Positions 55,857 through 61,896 of a stretch of DNA of 61,896 nucleotides are shown here, in pieces. Both the position numbers and the translations under genes were made by a program. Source of the stretch: a virus. Its lineage: Duplodnaviria > Caudoviricetes. Numbering within the stretch: the stretch's first letter is position 1; the number at the start of each line of letters is the position of its first letter. The notes beneath the pieces were generated by a model, which saw only the letters and a program-made list of their open reading frames with translations, made no database searches and was not told the origin of the DNA. Location: positions 1-61,896 of IMG/VR virus record IMGVR_UViG_3300030103_002748. One strand, written 5' to 3'.

Positions 55857-57733
55857 TGTAACTCCACTAAATCGTTGTATCCATCTGTTCCGGTTATACG
55901 CAGCAATCCTCTTGGGTCTACCGTAGGAGCATTGTCTGGGTACATCTGCGTACTTTCATAAAACTCCCTATCGGTTAAATTCACGTTTTGGTATTGATTA
56001 AACGCCGGATTGTTTGAAATCAAAAACACCGCTAGGCTCTGGTCAGTAAAACCTCCAGTGTCTCCAATATCTTCCAACTCATTTTCTAAGCTCTGTTCAA
56101 GGTCCTGTTGACTCATCGTCTGTATTTGGGCCTCGGCGCGTTGGACGGTGCGTTGCTCTTGTTGACTTGGGGGAGCTACGTCAAACCGACTAAAATCCGG
56201 TAGTTGTGCGGACAGAAATTGTCCTATGGACTGCCCTGTGGCTATTGCATCGTTGAAATCCTGCTCAAACTGCATTTGACTCGGAGGAGCTAAGTCTTCT
56301 TGCGTAAGTCCGTTAGACTCCTGTTGATCGGCCTGAGTAGTTACTGTTTGCGTTATTTGCTGTTGCATACCTGCTACAGCTTGATCCGGGCCTGTATTCT
56401 CAAATATGTTCATATTCTGTGGTTGAGAGCCAAATGACTGCGATTGTCCCGACAAACTTAAAGCGATACCCACGACATCTACTGCGGGCTTCACTGCTGC
56501 GCTAACTCTTTCAGCAGCGGGCTCTGCTCTGGTCTCAGCGGCTACCTCAACCGAGGCAGCTTTGGTTTGCGCTTCCACAGCTTGCACCTCTCGAACCACT
56601 GGCTCTGCTCTAATAACCACTCGCTCTGGGGCGGGCTCTGGTCTTGGCTCGCGTGTAACCTGGACTACTTCTGCAACGGCTTCTACAACTTCAACCGCTC
56701 TAGCCTCTCGGACTTCTTCGACCTGTGTTGGTTCACCGGTAATCTCTGGTGCTTGTTGCTGCTGTTGTTGGTCTTGTCTAACTGGCTCTCCCGTGGGTGC
56801 CCTACCCATCACCTGGGGGCCACCAAACATCTGCTGCTGTGGTGCATCTTGGTAGACCTGTGGTTGCGATAACTGTGTCAGAACCCGTGGTCTGCCCATA
56901 GCGTCAGGCTGATCAAGATGCATAAAATCATCCGCCGAATCACCAAAAACTGTATCTGTAGCTTGTTCTGCATAGCTGGGTGGAGCGGACGCTGCCTCTC
57001 CACCTCCGCCTTGTTGCTGGTTTAAGGTGCTTGCAGACATTATTAAACTAGCTACGCCGTTGTTTAATCCAAAAGTTGTACTGCCGCCATAGTTCTGAAC
57101 ATCATTGGTGGTGAAACCATTCATTTCCCATTCTTGTGTCCAAGAGCCACCGTATCCATCACCATTTGGAAAATTAGGGCCACCATACCAACCAACAAAT
57201 GCCTTGTGGTGAAAGCTCACATTGACATCTTGGTACTCAAATTTAAACCCACCTGTACGATCTAGCGTTAATCCGAAGGTATTTTCGTTTGTGGTGGCAT
57301 ATTCTCTAACCTTGTTCCATAAAAAGCTGGTTGAGTCGGCGTTAGTCTTATAAAAATACCCTGCGTTAGCGTCATTACTAGTATCATCAAGATCAGTCCA
57401 CAATGGCGCAAGCATGTAAGAAAAGCTTCCCAAACCATAATCTCGCGGCATATAAGTCGGCATTCCAGTGGCGTGAGTGTAGCCATCACAGCAATACCCA
57501 TACAACGGAGCAGTCTGTTTACCAACTCCGGTGGTTGGGTTATACATCAACACAAAACCATTGGTACTCATCCAGGCATGAGTAAAAATCTGATCCAACC
57601 ACGGAAACGTATGACCCATTTCTACTGAAACGGCCTTATCATCTACTCCGCTCATGACCTGGGTCATGCCCGTAGGGTTGAGATCCGCAAAAGAGAGTGA
57701 GGGTAAAAGGCAGAGTAAAGTAAAACGCTTCAC
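55844..57733 (-). CDS. Secreted protein with nidogen (NIDO)-like N-terminal domain and Q/P/E/A-rich stalk
   Basis: GTG start (GTGA overlap) gives signal peptide MKRFTLLCLLPSLSFA; G..FP, STNG, APLWTDL, NTF...L...G.F.F.Y. Confidence 0.6.
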   Translation of the reverse strand: MKRFTLLCLLPSLSFADLNPTGMTQVMSGVDDKAVSVEMGHTFPWLDQIFTHAWMSTNGFVLMYNPTTGVGKQTAPLYGYCCDGYTHATGMPTYMPRDYGLGSFSYMLAPLWTDLDDTSNDANAGYFYKTNADSTSFLWNKVREYATTNENTFGLTLDRTGGFKFEYQDVNVSFHHKAFVGWYGGPNFPNGDGYGGSWTQEWEMNGFTTNDVQNYGGSTTFGLNNGVASLIMSASTLNQQQGGGGEAASAPPSYAEQATDTVFGDSADDFMHLDQPDAMGRPRVLTQLSQPQVYQDAPQQQMFGGPQVMGRAPTGEPVRQDQQQQQQAPEITGEPTQVEEVREARAVEVVEAVAEVVQVTREPRPEPAPERVVIRAEPVVREVQAVEAQTKAASVEVAAETRAEPAAERVSAAVKPAVDVVGIALSLSGQSQSFGSQPQNMNIFENTGPDQAVAGMQQQITQTVTTQADQQESNGLTQEDLAPPSQMQFEQDFNDAIATGQSIGQFLSAQLPDFSRFDVAPPSQQEQRTVQRAEAQIQTMSQQDLEQSLENELEDIGDTGGFTDQSLAVFLISNNPAFNQYQNVNLTDREFYESTQMYPDNAPTVDPRGLLRITGTDGYNDLVELQWQR

Positions 57734-58560
57734 CTCAACCTCCTGTCTGGCTCCGGTATCTTGTCTGGGTTTGCGTCCCACAACACCTTTGCCTCATCGC
57801 CTATCTTGCCCTCGTAAGGACATGGTGTTCCTGCACTCATCATGCTTGACCAAACACGGTAGTCTTGGCACATGAGACTTACCGCTGCGACGCGCATACC
57901 CATGTCGTACAGGGTCTTTCCCAATTTTATACGTTCGCAGTTTTGATCACGGACAGAACGCCCAGTGGATAAACCTAGTATCTGTGTTTGCACCGCACCA
58001 GATATGCCCGTAGTGCAAAGGTCTTGGCTATAACTACTACCAATACTGGGTGCGATAGCACTAGGTGGCGGTGACTCTAGCTTTTGGGTAACACGCTGTG
58101 TTGAGTCGCTAATGCTCTGACTATTGCTAACATTGTTGTTAGTGTTCATTGCGGTAATGTCACTAACACTGTTGCTTGTCGTAAAGCTCGTGCTGTTAGA
58201 CGTAGTATTACTGGTGTTGGTATTTACGTTGGTAGCACTGCTCGTAGATACCGTGTTGTTAATATTGGTGTTGGTGTTATTGCTTGTGCTGGTATTTATA
58301 TTTTCAATAAGACCGTCATAGTTCATCGAGTTGACGTTAGTGTTCAAGCTCGTTGAATCTGTAGTGGTGTTGATAGTGCTGTTATTCGTATTGGTGTTAG
58401 TTGACGCACCCGTATAAGTTGTATTGTTCGTATTATTGTTATTATTGGTATTGTTAGACGAACTTGTACTTGTGGCAGTCGTAGTTATCTCAGTCTGCGT
58501 TTGTGCAAACAAAGGAATAGCAAAAAAACTACATATCGCTAAAACCAATAGACGTTTCAT
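57730..58560 (-). CDS. Secreted protein with Asn/Thr-rich linker and Cys-rich C-terminal domain
   Basis: Signal peptide; N/T/S low complexity; PPSAIAP, DLC, NCERIK, MCQD, GTPCP. Confidence 0.75.
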   Translation of the reverse strand: MKRLLVLAICSFFAIPLFAQTQTEITTTATSTSSSNNTNNNNNTNNTTYTGASTNTNTNNSTINTTTDSTSLNTNVNSMNYDGLIENINTSTSNNTNTNINNTVSTSSATNVNTNTSNTTSNSTSFTTSNSVSDITAMNTNNNVSNSQSISDSTQRVTQKLESPPPSAIAPSIGSSYSQDLCTTGISGAVQTQILGLSTGRSVRDQNCERIKLGKTLYDMGMRVAAVSLMCQDYRVWSSMMSAGTPCPYEGKIGDEAKVLWDANPDKIPEPDRRLR

Positions 58561-58576
58561 TACTCATACCTAAAAT

Positions 58577-58837
58577 CTATTCAGACTCTTCTCTTGGGTC
58601 TACCCAACCCTCTACTGCCGTGAACGTGCCGTCACTCGCACAGGTGTACTTGCACCCGTACCAGTCGGTTGGCTCGCTAACTCCAGTGATAAGAGTGGCG
58701 TTGCCGCTGTTGAGGTCACCAATGATAAACTCAGCAGGATCGCCCACAGTAATTGTGTCGCTTCCCATCGTGACTGACTTGTCATCAGCAAAGAGGTATC
58801 TGGATGTGTTCGTTGCATTGTCTACGATTGTCTTCAT
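58577..58837 (-). CDS. Fibre-associated small protein (allele B)
   Basis: 82/86 aa identical to 3092..3352. Confidence 0.8.
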   Translation of the reverse strand: MKTIVDNATNTSRYLFADDKSVTMGSDTITVGDPAEFIIGDLNSGNATLITGVSEPTDWYGCKYTCASDGTFTAVEGWVDPREESE

Positions 58838-58840
58838 GTC

Positions 58841-61432
58841 TTACCCTTTCAGTAGAAGTGTCGTGTTTGCTATTGCCTTGCCAGCCGTTACGCTGGAAGA
58901 CGTTGTGGAAAGTGTGCCATCGTCTTGGACGTAGTAGGTGCTGCCGATTGTGAAGTTAGGCACACCGCTGGATAACGTGCCTACGATGCCTGTGCCATAG
59001 TTTGAATTACCATTATCTTTGAACGCTATGACAATTTTATTGTTGTCAGTATCTTTAGTTATAGCAATCTCTCCGCCACTGGTAGAGGTAGAGTTAAAGA
59101 CAGCAGCATCACCAAACGTAATGGTGTCGCCATCAACCGTCCCTATCTTGGTTTTTCCTTTATTTGAATCATCGGTGTCGCTGTAACCTATGATAATTTT
59201 ATTTGTAGTGGAGTCATAAAACGCTGGTGTACCGTGAAAACCCACATTGGTGCTATTCCAAGTTACCTCTGTTCCAACGCTTATTGATGTGCCGCTGACT
59301 GTACCTATGATTGCTTTCCCAATGTTGGAGTTATCCGCATCGCTAAAAAATATTACCGATTTGTTTGCATTAGCGTCATAAGCCACAGCAGTTCTAAAGG
59401 CATTTGCTGCAACTCCCGTGGTGAATGATCCAACACTCATGCTTGTGCCTGATATTGTTACAACACAAGCGTCCCCACGATTACTGTTGGAATTATTTGC
59501 AAAGAACACAACGTGCTTTTGAGCGGTAGAATCGTAGGCGATTGCTATATATATTGCCGTATCGCTAGAAAGTGCAGATGCTCCACCAAAGCTGATACTT
59601 GTTCCTGACACTGTACCCACATTAGCAGTAAGTACATCAGAATTACCTCCATCGCTGTAAACAAACAAGGTCTTTGATGCGTTAGTATCGTATGATGCCT
59701 CAAGATACGCAGATGAAGCAGACTCTAACACTACCTCTGTACCGAAAGAGATACTTGTTCCTGACACAGTTCCCACTCTGGCCGTGCCGTATGAACTGTT
59801 CCCTACATCTCTGTATCCAATGACTACTTTCCCCGCAGAAGCATCAAAAACTGCGGTCACATAGTCTGTGCTGGCACTATTAAATTCTACAGGACTACCA
59901 TAACTAATCGACGTACCAGACACAGTGCCTACGATAGCTTTCCCTTTGTTTGAGTCACCGTAATCTGCGTACGCTATTACAATCTTGTCGTTTGCTGTGT
60001 CGTAAACAATTGCCGGATATCTCGAATTACCCGTATTATAAACCGCCTCACTTCCGTAACTCGCTGTCGTTATTGGTGACAACAACGACCCGTTAGTAAT
60101 CACCCCGCCCTCGACAACCACTTCGCCTGATGCAGAGTTGTTGATAGCTTGGTTGGTTATGCCTACGAAGTCAGAAGAGTTTGTGGATGCGCCAGCTAAC
60201 TGAAGCACATATGCTTTGCCTCGATTATTTGTAGAATCACTTAGAGCAATAACTGTTCTTCCTGCATTGGTGTCAAAAGCAGAACCGCCAAAATTATTGT
60301 TGTAGTTCGTAATTGCTACAGGAGTTGCATAGGATATGCTGTTACCCGCAGTAGGTGTCCCTACCACATAATAGCCATAGTCACTATTATTTTGATCTCG
60401 ATATTGAATTACAACTTTGTTTGCTACGGAGTCAAAAACTATTGAGTGAACGTCTACAATATTACTAGAAAATACGACACCAGTACCAAAAGATATGCTG
60501 GTTCCAGACACTTCACCTACAACTGCTACACCCCGTCTACTATTGTCGTAATCCTGATAAGCGACAACTATTTTGTTAAGATTGCTGTCAAATGTTGCTA
60601 CAATGTCTTCAGCGGTATCGCTTGCAGGAGAGAAAGCCTCACCTGACCCAAAGCTGATGCTTGAGCCGGACACTGTTCCGACTTTTGCCCGCCCTCTTGT
60701 GTTGTTATCATTATAAACTACGACAAATTTATCGTTCGTAGTATCGTAAAAAACAGCCATTGGGTCTGAAACAGAATTACTTTCAAAAACCTCTTCTGGA
60801 TTGGTTCTAGTGACCGAAGTGCCACTAACCGTTAGAAGTCTTGCTGCGCCTCTGTTGCTGTTCCCGCCATCTGCATAAATTATCATATGCTTGGCAGCAT
60901 CAGGACTGTAGGCAACATTAACGTACAATGATTGATTGCCCTCGACCTCTAAGGCAGAGCCGAAAGAAATACTGGTTCCTGACACAGTACCAACGATTGC
61001 TTTTGCTGGGCCGTTACCCTCATCATAAGACTGATAAGCGATTAATACCTTGTCCTCACCTGTATCATAGGAAGCGTCTACATGATTAGTGCCTGAACTC
61101 TGAAAAACCACCGCTGTGCCAAACGAGATTGAGTTACCTGATACCGTACCAACGCGAGCGGTTCCATAATTACTATTACCGTTATCCCTATATGCAACTA
61201 TTACTTTGTTGCTGTCAGGATCAAAAACAACCGCCGGGTACTCAGTTTGATTTGATGCTCCATATGTAACAGCACTGCCGATGTTTTCGGAATGTGCAAC
61301 CTCAGCGACCGCTTTAACAGTACCGTCACTCTGCAAGATCACGGTTTGTCCTGTAGCCAGATTACCACTGGCCGTGGCCGTTATGACTTTTGCGCCGCCA
61401 CCTGCTGGCAGTAAATCGCTTAGATTGCTCAT
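58841..61432 (-). CDS. Receptor-binding/fibre-tip protein, slot 3, scaffold plus two 7-repeat domains
   Basis: Same termini as 3356..4810; 2 x 7 repeats separated by scaffold segment DFVGITNQAINNSASGEVVVEGGVITN. Confidence 0.75.
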   Translation of the reverse strand: MSNLSDLLPAGGGAKVITATASGNLATGQTVILQSDGTVKAVAEVAHSENIGSAVTYGASNQTEYPAVVFDPDSNKVIVAYRDNGNSNYGTARVGTVSGNSISFGTAVVFQSSGTNHVDASYDTGEDKVLIAYQSYDEGNGPAKAIVGTVSGTSISFGSALEVEGNQSLYVNVAYSPDAAKHMIIYADGGNSNRGAARLLTVSGTSVTRTNPEEVFESNSVSDPMAVFYDTTNDKFVVVYNDNNTRGRAKVGTVSGSSISFGSGEAFSPASDTAEDIVATFDSNLNKIVVAYQDYDNSRRGVAVVGEVSGTSISFGTGVVFSSNIVDVHSIVFDSVANKVVIQYRDQNNSDYGYYVVGTPTAGNSISYATPVAITNYNNNFGGSAFDTNAGRTVIALSDSTNNRGKAYVLQLAGASTNSSDFVGITNQAINNSASGEVVVEGGVITNGSLLSPITTASYGSEAVYNTGNSRYPAIVYDTANDKIVIAYADYGDSNKGKAIVGTVSGTSISYGSPVEFNSASTDYVTAVFDASAGKVVIGYRDVGNSSYGTARVGTVSGTSISFGTEVVLESASSAYLEASYDTNASKTLFVYSDGGNSDVLTANVGTVSGTSISFGGASALSSDTAIYIAIAYDSTAQKHVVFFANNSNSNRGDACVVTISGTSMSVGSFTTGVAANAFRTAVAYDANANKSVIFFSDADNSNIGKAIIGTVSGTSISVGTEVTWNSTNVGFHGTPAFYDSTTNKIIIGYSDTDDSNKGKTKIGTVDGDTITFGDAAVFNSTSTSGGEIAITKDTDNNKIVIAFKDNGNSNYGTGIVGTLSSGVPNFTIGSTYYVQDDGTLSTTSSSVTAGKAIANTTLLLKG

Positions 61433-61791
61433 GTGCTGTAATCCAGATTGATGCTTGTGGCTGACATTGCTTTACCAGCGGTCACTGAAGAAGATGCGGT
61501 GCTAAGTGTGCCGTCATCTTGGACGTAGTAGGTCGCTCCTGGCGTTAGACTGCTCAGACCATTAGCTGCAATCCCGCCCTTCATAGTAACCTTGCCGCTT
61601 GCTGCGTTGGATATGGCTGCGTCTGCTATGCCTAAAAACCTACTGACGTTAGAGTTCGCTGAGGTTATTTTTTTAACTTTTCCATTGGTTTCTAAACTTA
61701 CCGTGTCGCCTTGCGCTATCGCCCCATCAGCAGTAAAACTTAGCTGCTTACTGGCCGCACCCGCTGGTAAAAGATCGCTTAGATTTGTCAT
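61429..61791 (-). CDS. Fibre-tip protein, slot 2, scaffold only (allele B)
   Basis: Same termini as 4807..6285 but with no repeat insert. Confidence 0.75.
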   Translation of the reverse strand: MTNLSDLLPAGAASKQLSFTADGAIAQGDTVSLETNGKVKKITSANSNVSRFLGIADAAISNAASGKVTMKGGIAANGLSSLTPGATYYVQDDGTLSTASSSVTAGKAMSATSINLDYST

Positions 61792-61895
61792 GTCAAATCC
61801 ATCATGTTAATTGTTGTGGCAGTGACAGCCTGGCCTATCTTCACCGCTGGGCTTGTGCTGGTAGTAGAGACACTGCCATCGCTTTGGACGTAATA
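61788..61895 (-). CDS. 3' end (truncated) of slot 1 fibre-tip gene (allele B)
   Basis: Manual translation YYVQSDGSVSTTSTSPAVKIGQAVTATTINMMDLT*, nearly identical to the C-terminus of 6282..6647. Confidence 0.85.
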   Translation of the reverse strand, partial: YYVQSDGSVSTTSTSPAVKIGQAVTATTINMMDLT

Positions 61896-61896
61896 G

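Noticed and set aside
57730-58560. Asn/Thr-rich tract as an ice-nucleation or antifreeze repeat
   Set aside because: No regular periodicity; looks like a low-complexity linker
58577-61896. Invertible (Gin/Cin or shufflon-type) tail fibre switch
   Set aside because: All repeats are direct and on one strand; no serine or tyrosine recombinase seen
1-61896. tRNA genes, integrase/att site, introns or inteins, alternative genetic code
   Set aside because: No cloverleaf or recombinase motifs noticed; polA, terL and helicases are uninterrupted and of normal length; genes pack tightly under the standard code

Overview
The window is essentially a whole tailed dsDNA phage genome with podovirus-like gene content: P22-like portal and adaptors, large putative ejection proteins, and no tail tube, sheath, tape measure, integrase or RNA polymerase that I can recognise. 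It is probably aquatic and infects a Gram-negative host (inference). Nearly all genes are on the minus strand. Modules are fibres/receptor binding (3.1-9.1 kb and 58.6-61.9 kb), head (13-17 kb), lysis (0-3 kb and 17.9-19 kb), portal and terminase large subunit (19.4-26.5 kb), a promoter-rich island of small genes (27-35 kb) containing the terminase small subunit, replication (PolA, UvrD-like helicase, AEP primase, SSB-like, SNF2-like; 35.5-43.6 kb) and ejection/tail proteins (43.6-55.4 kb). The two ends (1-~6.4 kb and ~55.3-61.9 kb) are divergent, syntenic alleles of one locus, so the window holds more than one ~55.4 kb genome unit. This could be a strain chimera or a molecule with heterozygous terminal redundancy. 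Comparing the alleles reveals the most striking system: three translationally coupled paralogous genes share a ~120-aa scaffold with slot-specific termini, and 0, 1 or 2 seven-repeat (probably beta-propeller) domains are plugged into it at two fixed loops. Other notable items are a FliK-like gene and a class-3 lipase inside a lysis cassette, a three-gene secreted/membrane module, RTX-type repeats in a large HExxH protein, an [M/F]xxGG motif shared by many presumed internal proteins, a sigma70-type promoter family with a conserved CACAT(A) spacer, and a symmetric iteron structure upstream of terS. All family assignments come from reading motifs by eye; no searches were run.
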